From positions 1-40,816 of the forward strand of contig JAVEUJ010000002.1 of the NCBI GenBank assembly GCA_034005635.1: DNA of 40,816 nt, given 5' to 3'. Position 1 is the first letter of the stretch, and each line of letters begins with the position of its first letter. The notes under the pieces are model-generated. The model saw only the letters and a program-made list of their open reading frames with translations. It searched no databases and was not told the origin of the DNA. The position numbers and the translations under genes are program-made. This stretch comes from Kiritimatiellia bacterium. GTDB taxonomy: Bacteria > Verrucomicrobiota > Kiritimatiellia > CAIQIC01 > Lenti-01. Shown one piece after another: positions 16,394 through 24,737 of this stretch.

Positions 16394-16439
16394 GGCAGAC
16401 GTAGTTAGCCCGGGCGCAGAGCCACGGGAGGCTGAGCCC

Positions 16440-18845
16440 CTATTCCCAAGGGAAACGGCGGGCGGGCTTGTCCTCGGTGGGTTCCGGAGATTCCGGTTGC
16501 GAGGGCATTTTGGCATCAATTTGCTTCTGTAGCGCCAGCGCTTCGGGGTCATCGGGCATGTAGATCTGATAGCGGTTCATCTGAATTTTGGCCCGGCGGT
16601 ATTGGCGGAGGCGGAACATGGCTTCGGCCCATTTCAGGTAGCGTTCGTAGCGGTAGGGGGCAAGTTCTTCGGAGCGGAGGTAGCAGTCGGATGCAGTTTT
16701 CCAGTCGCCGTTGAGCGTATAGAGAACGGCCAGTTCCTCCCAGAGCAGGGGGTTGCGCGGGTTGCGCTTGATGGCCTCCTGGAGCAGATCGACGGCCTGC
16801 TGATCTTGTTCCAGCAGGCGCAGAGCTTCCATCATCCAGTTGATCGTCCAGGTGAGAGGTTGCTGGGGGCGATTAAGCAGTTTGCCTAGTTGCGCGGCTG
16901 TACGATTATTGATGCCATCAATGCGATGGAGTGTTTCGGCCATGGCGATAATCGCATCAGAATTCCATTCATCGCGTTCGATGGCATATTTGAGCCAGGG
17001 ACGGGCATAGACGAGTTGGTCCCGCTCAAGAAGCATCTGCCCGATGGCGGTAGCAAAATGAATGTCGTAATAGCCACTGCTGCCTGGGGCGCCGCGCAAT
17101 AAATCAATGCCTTTGCGAGCGTCCTGACCTTGACAGGCCCGAGTCAAGGCCAGGAGGGCACGAGTGTCGAAACGATGGGGCCAGCGGGAATAGGCGGCGT
17201 TGGCGGCAATTTCGGCTTGGCTGAGGGCGTTGGCTTGAAGCAGGTGCCAAGCGGTACGCATAGCGAGCCAGGCGTTGTCGGGGTGGCTGGCCAGCCGTCT
17301 GGCAAAGATGGCGCGGGTGGTGTCCGGCGTGAACGCCGCCACACGTTCTTGCCAATGCGTTTGCTCCTCCTTCAAGCGAGCGAGCGTCTCGGCATTGGTT
17401 GTCTGGCGTCGAAAAGGAGCACGGAGTTGCTGGTGGATCAAGGTTTCGATTTGGGCGGCGCGACCCCAGGGATGGTAGAGCAGTACGTCGGCCATGTCGG
17501 TAGCGGATGGAATGCGCACGGTGGGAGCAGATTTGAGAGCCCCCATGAATTCCATCCGGTGAACAAGGGCGGCGGCCAGCAGGTAGTTGCCATTGAAGGT
17601 AAGATGAATGTGGTCAAGGAATAGTTCGCGCCCGGGAATACCTTGGGGGGAGCGGATGGCGAAAAGAGCTTCGGCATCCAGCAGGGAATCAGTGTGATCG
17701 GCGGTGCATTCGCGGATAAGGGCATTGATGCTGGAATCAGCACGCAGGCGCAAGGCATCGGCATCGCGGGCGCGAGAAAAGAGGGCGGCGGCTTCGGCGG
17801 TGCGGTTGTCGTCGAGCGCGAGACGGGCGGCGCTGAAGAGCGCTTCGGCATGATCGGGATTGAGTTGGATGGCATGGGCGTAGAGGCGAGTGGCCTCGAA
17901 GCGGTTGCTGGCGGCCGTAGCGGCTGCGGCCGCGCGCAGTGTTTCGCGCACTTCCTGGGCGGCGGCTTCATCCGTGAGGTAGATGGTCGAGAATGGGGCA
18001 CAATCGCGCAGATTGACGGGTACCGTACAGACAATGACGGTCGGCGAGGCCTCTTCTGCGGCCGCTACGATAGCGCTGAGGTTTTTGCGGAAGGAGCGCG
18101 TGACGGTTTTTAGGTGTGGGTCCCGAGGTGACAATCGACCGCGCAGGGTGATCGGCTCCTGATGCTGCCATGCCGCCATGTCAATTTTCGCAGGGAAAAA
18201 TCGATGAAAGGTACCGGCAATCATTTGTGCGAGCCGGGTGCGGGAGAAGAGCACCATCCAGCGCGCAATGCGAGAACTGGAATGCAGGCGGCCCAGTCCT
18301 GTGGCCGGACCGTAAGGGCCAGCGACTTCGTCGTTGCCGGTCAGCACAATAACGGCTTGGGGATTTAGGCGCTGGAGGTCACGGGCCACTTCGCGCAGAA
18401 CATGCGAGTTGGCGCCATCGTAGCCCATGGGCAAAACCTCGATGGTTTGGTCGGGGTAGCGATGCTGGAGCATGAGCTCGAGCTGGCGGCTGAGCCCAAA
18501 CGCGGGCTCAGGCATGCCCATGGCAGCAGATCCGCCTAGCAGACAGATCCGGATAGTTTCTGCGGGCGGGGTTTGACGGGCAACAATGGGCAGGGGTGCG
18601 GGAGCAAGGCGGCCGGGGTAAAACCGGTAGGTAAAAAACGGGTTTTCCGTCCAAACGGGCTGGTCATTGGCCACGCCCTCGACCAAGTAGCGTGTGGAGC
18701 GGCTTGGGAAAAACAACCGCGCGGCGAGTTCCAACAGCAGACCGAGCGCCAGGATGATCAGTAGCGCCAGCACCAGCCGTTTCAACAAACGCAGTCCGCC
18801 AGCTGCCCAGAACGGCAGATCGATTGGGTTGGCAAAGAGACTCAT
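16440..18845 (-). CDS. Membrane-anchored protein with an SGNH-hydrolase-like domain followed by TPR repeats
   Basis: 801-aa ORF. N-terminal TM is LLKRLVLALLIILALGLLLELAARLFF. SGNH-like blocks: ICLLGGSAAMG (I), MGYDGANS (II), VLTGNDE (III), LDHIHLT (V). The C-terminal half has TPR-like helical repeats (..AEALFSAARLALDDNRTAEAAALF.., ..YLKWAEAMFRLRQYRRAKIQ..). Confidence 0.7.
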   Translation of the reverse strand: MSLFANPIDLPFWAAGGLRLLKRLVLALLIILALGLLLELAARLFFPSRSTRYLVEGVANDQPVWTENPFFTYRFYPGRLAPAPLPIVARQTPPAETIRICLLGGSAAMGMPEPAFGLSRQLELMLQHRYPDQTIEVLPMGYDGANSHVLREVARDLQRLNPQAVIVLTGNDEVAGPYGPATGLGRLHSSSRIARWMVLFSRTRLAQMIAGTFHRFFPAKIDMAAWQHQEPITLRGRLSPRDPHLKTVTRSFRKNLSAIVAAAEEASPTVIVCTVPVNLRDCAPFSTIYLTDEAAAQEVRETLRAAAAATAASNRFEATRLYAHAIQLNPDHAEALFSAARLALDDNRTAEAAALFSRARDADALRLRADSSINALIRECTADHTDSLLDAEALFAIRSPQGIPGRELFLDHIHLTFNGNYLLAAALVHRMEFMGALKSAPTVRIPSATDMADVLLYHPWGRAAQIETLIHQQLRAPFRRQTTNAETLARLKEEQTHWQERVAAFTPDTTRAIFARRLASHPDNAWLAMRTAWHLLQANALSQAEIAANAAYSRWPHRFDTRALLALTRACQGQDARKGIDLLRGAPGSSGYYDIHFATAIGQMLLERDQLVYARPWLKYAIERDEWNSDAIIAMAETLHRIDGINNRTAAQLGKLLNRPQQPLTWTINWMMEALRLLEQDQQAVDLLQEAIKRNPRNPLLWEELAVLYTLNGDWKTASDCYLRSEELAPYRYERYLKWAEAMFRLRQYRRAKIQMNRYQIYMPDDPEALALQKQIDAKMPSQPESPEPTEDKPARRFPWE

Positions 18846-18924
18846 AGGATGGAGAGTACTATGGCAGGGCAGCTAGGGCCTGTAAAGAACCGGCATCCGC
18901 CGGTTCTTCGGAAAGTGGAAAAAG

Positions 18925-19000
18925 TGGAGCCAAAGGTCGGATTCGAACCGACGACCGTCGCATTACGAATGCGATGCTCTGCCAACTGAGCTACTTTGGC
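18925..19000 (-). tRNA. tRNA-Thr (anticodon CGU), CCA encoded
   Basis: The reverse complement folds as a cloverleaf: GCCAAAG TA GCTC AGTTGGCA GAGC A TCGCA TTCGTAA TGCGA CGGTC GTCGG TTCGAAT CCGAC CTTTGGC T CCA. The anticodon loop TTCGTAA gives CGT. Confidence 0.9.
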
Positions 19001-19114
19001 GCCAATGAGACGCGCACTATGCCAAAGAGCCAGAGGTCAAGTCAAGCATGCCGACAGTCGGGCTCATGCCAAAACCCGAACCCCGAAGGCGCAATACGGC
19101 CCTGAGACCCAACA

Positions 19115-19135
19115 TCCAATATTCAATATTTAACG
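19115..19135. repeat. Tandem heptamers TCCAATA TTCAATA TTTAACG
   Basis: Read directly. AT-rich island in intergenic DNA, about 80 bp upstream of the candidate -35 at 19216. Confidence 0.7.
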
Positions 19136-19215
19136 TAAGAGTCACTGGCGGCGCATAAGGGGCGCCAGCGTCGGGAGAGGATGAGAAATGAGACTGCGGA
19201 AAGTGGTGTTGTTTG

Positions 19216-19243
19216 TTGACATAATCACATCAATGATTACAGT
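19216..19243 (+). promoter_or_regulatory. Candidate sigma70-type promoter (TTGACA-16 nt-TACAGT)
   Basis: TTGACA at 19216-19221 and TACAGT at 19238-19243, 36 nt upstream of the 19279 ATG. Based on sequence match only. Confidence 0.35.
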
Positions 19244-19278
19244 AAGCCTGCTGGAAGTTTTAAGTGTAAGCGTGGAAT

Positions 19279-19521
19279 ATGTCTGTTATGGCAGAAGTAA
19301 AATACAAAGAATGTAAGCATTGCGGGAATCGGGTCCATCCGCGGACTCGACAATGTCCGTATTGCGGGGAAGTAATCGGGGCGGGTTGGTTTTCCGTTGT
19401 GGGCATGGTGTTACTGCTGGCGGTGGTGCTGGGGTTGCTGGTCTATGCTTTTTGTAATCGTACGCCGACGCCCGGAGGCGGGGGGGCAGCGCCCCGAACA
19501 ACCAGCTCTCCGTCTAAATAG
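19279..19521 (+). CDS. Small zinc-ribbon membrane protein (80 aa; possible alternative start at 19288)
   Basis: MSVMAEVKYKECKHCGNRVHPRTRQCPYCGEVIGAGWFSVVGMVLLLAVVLGLLVYAF..: CxxC-x12-CxxC followed by one TM helix and a Gly/Pro/Ser-rich tail. No clear SD sequence. Confidence 0.45.
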   Translation: MSVMAEVKYKECKHCGNRVHPRTRQCPYCGEVIGAGWFSVVGMVLLLAVVLGLLVYAFCNRTPTPGGGGAAPRTTSSPSK

Positions 19522-19554
19522 ATGGCAAAGAGCAAGGGGGCGAGGAAGTGGGGG

Positions 19555-19582
19555 TTCAATGTCCAATATCCAATTTTCAAGT
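19555..19582. repeat. Tandem heptamers TTCAATG TCCAATA TCCAATT TTCAAGT
   Basis: Read directly. Lies about 78 bp upstream of the candidate -35 at 19660. Confidence 0.75.
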
Positions 19583-19659
19583 GTGCTTTCAGGATTGCGG
19601 GATCGGTATCATCAACGATCAACAAGCGGCAACTAGATTGAGGCGAACCGAATGAGGCG

Positions 19660-19688
19660 TTGACGGTAGGCTGGGGGTTGTTTAATCT
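19660..19688 (+). promoter_or_regulatory. Candidate sigma70-type promoter (TTGACG-17 nt-TAATCT) for the CBS-hox operon
   Basis: TTGACG at 19660-19665 and TAATCT at 19683-19688. A GAGGAGG Shine-Dalgarno sequence lies just upstream of the ATG at 19727. Confidence 0.4.
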
Positions 19689-19726
19689 TTCCTTGTAACC
19701 ACAATGACACACGAGGAGGTTTTGGC

Positions 19727-20173
19727 ATGAGCACGACAGTCGGCGATTTGTTGCGTATCAAGGGCAGCAACGTGGAAACCATTACGGCATCGGAGCCGAT
19801 TCTCGAAGCGATCCGGCGCATGGAGAAGAAGCATATTGGTTGTCTGGCCGTGGTGACCAAAACTGGCAAGTTATCAGGGATCATAACGGAACGCGACTGC
19901 CTGTGGAAAATCGTGGCGGCGGGCAAGTCGCCAAGGACGCACTTGGTCAAGGATGCCATGACGTTCCTGCGGCAGATGCGGACGGTGACGCCGGCGCAGA
20001 CGGTGGAGGAGTGCATGGTGCTGATTTCCGGGCGGCGGCACCGGCACTTGCCGGTTTTGGACGGGGACACTCTGGCCGGCATGATTTCTATCGGCGACGT
20101 GGTCAAAACCCTGCTAGATGCCCAGCAGTCCATGATCGACAGCCTGGAGAAGTACATCACGGGGACCTTCTGA
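19727..20173 (+). CDS. Stand-alone CBS-pair domain protein
   Basis: 148-aa ORF with two CBS repeats (..HIGCLAVVTKTGKLSGIITERDCL.. and ..HRHLPVLDGDTLAGMISIGDVV..). Strong SD sequence. It ends 16 nt before hoxF. Confidence 0.8.
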   Translation: MSTTVGDLLRIKGSNVETITASEPILEAIRRMEKKHIGCLAVVTKTGKLSGIITERDCLWKIVAAGKSPRTHLVKDAMTFLRQMRTVTPAQTVEECMVLISGRRHRHLPVLDGDTLAGMISIGDVVKTLLDAQQSMIDSLEKYITGTF

Positions 20174-20189
20174 CGGGCGCGGGCAACTC

Positions 20190-21998
20190 ATGACGGCGTC
20201 GGCCAAGAAAACCATCCAGTCGGTCATTGCCCGCTATACGGGGGATGCCACGCGGCTGATGGACATCTTGATCGACATCCAGGAGGCGCTGGGCTGCCTG
20301 ACGCACGAGACGGTGGCGGTAATTGCCAAGGGGCTGAACGTTCCACAGGTGAACGTGGAGCAAACGGTGTCGTTCTATCACTTTTTTGCGCGCGAGCCGC
20401 GCGGGACCTACGTGATCTATCTGAACGACAGCGTGGTCGCGGAGTTCAATGGGCGGGAGCAGGTGGAGGCGGCCTTTGAAGCAGCGGCGGGCTGTCGATT
20501 TGGCGAAGTGTCCGCGGACGGGGTGGTGGGGCTGTTCCATACGGCGTGCATTGGCATGAGCGATCAGGAGCCCGCGGCGCTGATCAATGGGCAGGTGTTT
20601 CCGCGGCTGACGCCGGAAAGGGCCCGGGAGCTGGTGGACGGGATGCGGGCCGGTCGCACGCTGGCGGAATTGAAGGGGAATGAGTACGGCGACGGTCAGA
20701 ATGCGCATCCGCTGGTCCGTGCACTGGTGCACAATCATATTCAGAGGCGCGGGCTGACGGTGTTTGCGGATTATCACCCGGGCGAGGCACTGGCCAAGGT
20801 GACGGGCCTGAGTTCGGGGGAGGTGATCGCCGAGATCAAGTCGGCGAGTGTGCGCGGCCGGGGCGGGGCGGGCTTCCCGACGGGCATGAAGTGGGAATTC
20901 GCGCGGCGCGCGGCGGGCGACATCAAGTATATTTTCTGCAACGCGGATGAGGGTGAACCGGGGACGTTCAAGGACCGCGTAATTTTGACGGAGCGTCCGC
21001 AGATGGTGTTCGAGGGCATGGCGATTGCGGCCTATGCGGTCGGCGCGCGGCAGGGCATCCTGTATGTGCGCAACGAATATCACTATTTGCGGGACTATCT
21101 GGAGAACGTGCTGGCGGAAATGCGCGTACAGAATCTCCTGGGCGTGGCGATTTGCGGTGTGGCGAGCTTTAACTTTGACATCAGCATTCAGTTTGGCGCG
21201 GGGGCCTATGTGTGCGGGGAGGAATCGGCGTTGATCGAATCGGCGGAGGGCAAGCGTGGCGAGCCGCGCGACCGTCCGCCGTTCCCGGTTGAAAAGGGGT
21301 ACTTGCAGCAGCCGACGGTAGTCAACAACGTCGAGACCCTGTGTTCGGTGGTGCAGGTTATGTTGAAGGGGCCGCAATGGTATAATCGCTTAGGTACGGA
21401 ACAGTCGAAGGGCACGAAGGTGTTGTGCGTGTCGGGCGACTGCGAGCGACCAGGTATTTACGAGGTGGAATGGGGTTTTTCGGTCAATGACATCTTGGCG
21501 ATGGCGGGGACGGAGGCGGTGCAGGCGGTGCAGGTGGGCGGGCCATCCGGGGCGTGCATTGGCCCGGAGGAGTTTGGGCGGGTTCTGGCCTACGAAGATT
21601 TGGCGACGGGCGGATCGTTCATTGTCATCGGTCCGCAGCGCAATCTGTTGAAGGACGTGGTGTTGAACTTCGCGCGGTTCTTCCGCGCAGAATCGTGCGG
21701 GTCGTGTGTGCCCTGCCGGGCGTTGACGGGCATGGCGCAGGTGGTTCTGGAGCGGATTATTGCCGGGAAAGGCACGGCTGAAGATGTGGAGCAGTTGCAG
21801 TCGTGGCAGGCGATCATGCGCTACAACCGCTGCGGCTTGGGGCAGACCGCGCTGAACCCGATCACCAGCACGATCAAAAATTTCCGCCCCCTCTATGACG
21901 CACGGTTGGCGCAGGGCGATCCGCGTTTCGTGCCGTCCTTCGATTTGACGGCGGCGGTGCAAGACTATGAGGCGGCGGTTGGTGCCGGGAAGGAGTAG
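20190..21998 (+). CDS. hoxF: NAD-reducing [NiFe] hydrogenase diaphorase subunit HoxF (NuoE-like N-terminal domain fused to NuoF-like FMN/NADH/[4Fe-4S] module)
   Basis: 602-aa ORF. Motifs: GRGGAGFPTGMKWE (FMN), CNADEGEPGTFKDR (NADH), ESCGSCVPCR..CGLGQTA ([4Fe-4S]). Confidence 0.9.
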   Translation: MTASAKKTIQSVIARYTGDATRLMDILIDIQEALGCLTHETVAVIAKGLNVPQVNVEQTVSFYHFFAREPRGTYVIYLNDSVVAEFNGREQVEAAFEAAAGCRFGEVSADGVVGLFHTACIGMSDQEPAALINGQVFPRLTPERARELVDGMRAGRTLAELKGNEYGDGQNAHPLVRALVHNHIQRRGLTVFADYHPGEALAKVTGLSSGEVIAEIKSASVRGRGGAGFPTGMKWEFARRAAGDIKYIFCNADEGEPGTFKDRVILTERPQMVFEGMAIAAYAVGARQGILYVRNEYHYLRDYLENVLAEMRVQNLLGVAICGVASFNFDISIQFGAGAYVCGEESALIESAEGKRGEPRDRPPFPVEKGYLQQPTVVNNVETLCSVVQVMLKGPQWYNRLGTEQSKGTKVLCVSGDCERPGIYEVEWGFSVNDILAMAGTEAVQAVQVGGPSGACIGPEEFGRVLAYEDLATGGSFIVIGPQRNLLKDVVLNFARFFRAESCGSCVPCRALTGMAQVVLERIIAGKGTAEDVEQLQSWQAIMRYNRCGLGQTALNPITSTIKNFRPLYDARLAQGDPRFVPSFDLTAAVQDYEAAVGAGKE

Positions 21999-22009
21999 GG
22001 AGGCGCTCC

Positions 22010-22705
22010 ATGGCCAGTTTTGTTCGGATTACGCTTGATGGTCGCGCCTGCCTGGCCGAGGAAGGCGCGCAGTTGGTCGCAGCCGCGAAAGAATGTGGCG
22101 TCTATATTCCGACGCTCTGCAACTATCCCGGGATTCCACCCAAGGGGGCCTGCCGCATCTGCACGGTGTTGGTCAATGGGATTCCCCACACTGCCTGCAC
22201 GACCAAGGTGGTGGAGGATATGAATGTGGTGACGAGCACGCCTGAACTGGAGGCCTTTCGCAAGTCCGTCGTCGAAATCCTGTTAGCGGAGGGCAACCAC
22301 CTGTGTCCCATCTGCGAGCGCAGCGGCAATTGCGAGCTGCAGGCACTGGCGTACCGCTACCGCGTAACGGTGTCAGCCTTCCCCTATCTCTTCCCGATAC
22401 GCGACGTGGAGGCATGGCATCCGAAGCTGGTCAAGGATCACAACCGCTGCATCCAGTGCAAACGCTGTATTCGCGGTATCCACAATGCGCAGGGGCAGGC
22501 GATTTTTGCGTTCGGGAAGCGCGGCGACAAGGTGGTGATCAATATCGACCGGGAGACCTCACGGAACATCAGCGACGAGTTGGCGCAGCAGGCGATGGAC
22601 ATTTGCCCGGTCGGGGCGATTCTGCGCAAGGGCAAAGGGTTCGATACTCCCATTGGGCGGCGCACCTATGACCATGCGCCCATTGGTAGCGAGGTGGCCC
22701 CATGA
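22010..22705 (+). CDS. hoxU: Diaphorase iron-sulfur subunit HoxU (NuoG N-terminal-like)
   Basis: 231-aa ORF. Motifs: TLCNYPGIPPKGACRICTV..HTAC ([2Fe-2S]), HLCPICERSGNCELQ, CIQCKRCIRG..CPVGA ([4Fe-4S] clusters). Confidence 0.88.
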   Translation: MASFVRITLDGRACLAEEGAQLVAAAKECGVYIPTLCNYPGIPPKGACRICTVLVNGIPHTACTTKVVEDMNVVTSTPELEAFRKSVVEILLAEGNHLCPICERSGNCELQALAYRYRVTVSAFPYLFPIRDVEAWHPKLVKDHNRCIQCKRCIRGIHNAQGQAIFAFGKRGDKVVINIDRETSRNISDELAQQAMDICPVGAILRKGKGFDTPIGRRTYDHAPIGSEVAP

Positions 22706-23271
22706 GCGCCAGCGTCGCGCCGGTCAAGAAGGTGATTGCGACCACGTCGCTGGCGGGTTGCTTCGGCTGCCATATGTCGCTGCTCGATATCGACGAGCGG
22801 TTGTTTGACCTGATCGAGCTGGTGGAATTCAACAAATCGCCGTTTGATGACATCAAGGTATTCACAAAGGAGTGCGACATCGGCCTGATCGAAGGCGGGT
22901 GCTGCAACGACGAGAACGTGCATGTGCTGACGGAGTTTCGTAAGCACTGCCGCACGTTGGTGGCGGTGGGCGAATGCTCGATCATGGGCGGGCTGCCGGC
23001 CCTGCGCAACATGATCCCGTTGAAGGAATGCCTGGACGAGGCCTATCTAGACGGGCCCACGGTGGCGGACAGCAATCCCCAGCGGATTATTCCGCATGAT
23101 CCCGACCTCCCCAAACTTCTCAATCGCGTTTATCCCTGCCATGAGGTGGTGAAGATCGACTATTTTCTGCCCGGCTGCCCGCCGAACGCGGATTTGATTT
23201 GGGACGCGCTGCTGGCGCTGGTGACCGGCAAAGAATTGGCCTTGGAATACCGAACCTTCAAATTTGATTGA
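22702..23271 (+). CDS. hoxY: [NiFe] hydrogenase small subunit HoxY (group 3 type)
   Basis: 189-aa ORF. Its start overlaps the hoxU stop (ATGA at 22702-22705). Motifs: LAGCFGCHMSLLD, EGGCCND, VAVGECSIMGG, LPGCPP. Confidence 0.88.
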   Translation: MSASVAPVKKVIATTSLAGCFGCHMSLLDIDERLFDLIELVEFNKSPFDDIKVFTKECDIGLIEGGCCNDENVHVLTEFRKHCRTLVAVGECSIMGGLPALRNMIPLKECLDEAYLDGPTVADSNPQRIIPHDPDLPKLLNRVYPCHEVVKIDYFLPGCPPNADLIWDALLALVTGKELALEYRTFKFD

Positions 23272-23279
23272 GAGAGCCC

Positions 23280-24734
23280 ATGACCCGCAAAATAGTTATT
23301 GATCCGGTCACGCGCGTGGAAGGACACGGCAAGGTCACGATCCAGCTAGACGACAAGGGCAACGTGGTGCAGAGCCGTTTGCACATTGTGGAGTTCCGGG
23401 GATTCGAGCGTTTCGTGCAGGGGCGTCCGTATTGGGAAGCACCGGTGCTGGTGCAGCGGCTGTGCGGCATCTGTCCGGTCAGCCATCATTTGGCAGCGGC
23501 CAAGGCCATGGATGTCGTGGTGGGTGCGGGGACCGGCGCGGGGCTGACGCCGACCGCCGAGAAAATTCGTCGTCTGATGCACTACGGGCAGATTTTCCAG
23601 TCGCACACGCTGCACTTTTTTCATTTGGCCTCGCCGGACCTGCTGTTTGGCTACGACTCGGCGCCGGAGACCCGCAATGTGATCGGCGTGGCGCTCGCGA
23701 ATCGCGAGTTGGCAACGCAGGCCGTGCTGATGCGCAAGTACGGGCAGGAGGTCATTGCAGCGACCGCGGGTAAGAAAATTCATGGCACAGGTGCCATCCC
23801 CGGCGGCGTCAACAAGAGCCTGAGCGTTGAGGAGCGTGATCGGCTGCTCCATGGCGGGGGCGGACTGCTCAACGCCAGTCAGATGGTGGTGTGGGCGCAG
23901 GGGGCGTTGGCCTTCTTTAAGGATTATTATCGCCAGCACCAGACCTTTATCGATGAGTTTTCAAGATTTCCATCTAACCATCTCAGCCTGGTGCGTGCGG
24001 ATGGAGCGTTGGACCTCTACCACGGCGTGCTGCGGGCAGTGGATGCCAACGGACGGCGCATTCTCGATGATGTCGACTCGCAGGACTACCTCCAGCACTT
24101 CCGCGAGGAAGTGAAATCGTGGAGTTACATGAAGTTCCCGTATCTAAAGAAGTTGGGGCCGGAAAAAGGGTGGTATCGCGTCGGGCCACTGGCGCGCATG
24201 AATGTGGCTGATTTTATTCCGACGCCGCTGGCGCAGGAAGAGTTTGAGGTCTTCCGGGCTACCAGTGGCGGCAAGCCCAACGACCGCTGTATGCTCACCC
24301 ACTGGGCGCGGCTGATTGAAGTGCTCCATGCGGCTGAGTGTATGCGCGATCTGCTGCAAGATCCGGACATCCTGGGCGGTGACTTGATGGTGACGGGCAC
24401 TCGGCAGTCTGAGGGTATTGGCCTGCTGGAAGCGCCGCGCGGGACCCTGTTCCATCACTATCGCGTCGGTGAGGACGATCTGATCCAAATGGCCAACCTG
24501 ATTGTTTCCACGACGAACAACAACGAGCCGATGAACCGCGCGGTCAATGCCGTCGCGCGCGCCATGCTCACGGGCGTGAAGGAAATCACGGAGGGCATGC
24601 TCAATGCGGTCGAGGTGGCGATCCGTGCCTATGACCCCTGCTTAAGCTGCGCGACCCATGCTTATGGGCAGATGCCGCTGGAGGTGACGCTGGTGAATGC
24701 GCAGGGGGCGGTGGTGGATCGGCGGGGGAAGTAG
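23280..24734 (+). CDS. hoxH: [NiFe] hydrogenase large subunit HoxH
   Basis: The ORF track starts at a TTG (23268). I prefer the ATG at 23280 (MTRKIVIDPVTRVEGHG). Ni-binding motifs are RLCGICPVSHH (N-terminal) and DPCLSCATH (C-terminal), followed by a 24-aa extension (AYGQMPLEVTLVNAQGAVVDRRGK) of the kind removed by the maturation protease. Confidence 0.9.
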   Translation: MTRKIVIDPVTRVEGHGKVTIQLDDKGNVVQSRLHIVEFRGFERFVQGRPYWEAPVLVQRLCGICPVSHHLAAAKAMDVVVGAGTGAGLTPTAEKIRRLMHYGQIFQSHTLHFFHLASPDLLFGYDSAPETRNVIGVALANRELATQAVLMRKYGQEVIAATAGKKIHGTGAIPGGVNKSLSVEERDRLLHGGGGLLNASQMVVWAQGALAFFKDYYRQHQTFIDEFSRFPSNHLSLVRADGALDLYHGVLRAVDANGRRILDDVDSQDYLQHFREEVKSWSYMKFPYLKKLGPEKGWYRVGPLARMNVADFIPTPLAQEEFEVFRATSGGKPNDRCMLTHWARLIEVLHAAECMRDLLQDPDILGGDLMVTGTRQSEGIGLLEAPRGTLFHHYRVGEDDLIQMANLIVSTTNNNEPMNRAVNAVARAMLTGVKEITEGMLNAVEVAIRAYDPCLSCATHAYGQMPLEVTLVNAQGAVVDRRGK

Positions 24735-24737
24735 AAT

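Noticed and set aside
18886-19045. The tRNA-Thr(CGU) locus as an integration hotspot or genomic-island boundary. Also noted: a weak promoter (TTGACT-18 nt-CATAGT on the minus strand, 19016-19045) and the downstream hairpin AGAACCGG..CCGGTTCT (18886-18907).
   Set aside because: There is no integrase, no duplicated tRNA 3' segment that I could find nearby, and no mobility genes. The promoter and hairpin are plausible but too weak to list as features.
24650-24734. A selenocysteine or recoding event in HoxH.
   Set aside because: The C-terminal Ni-binding motif is DPCLSCATH with ordinary Cys codons, and the frame is continuous. There is no in-frame TGA.
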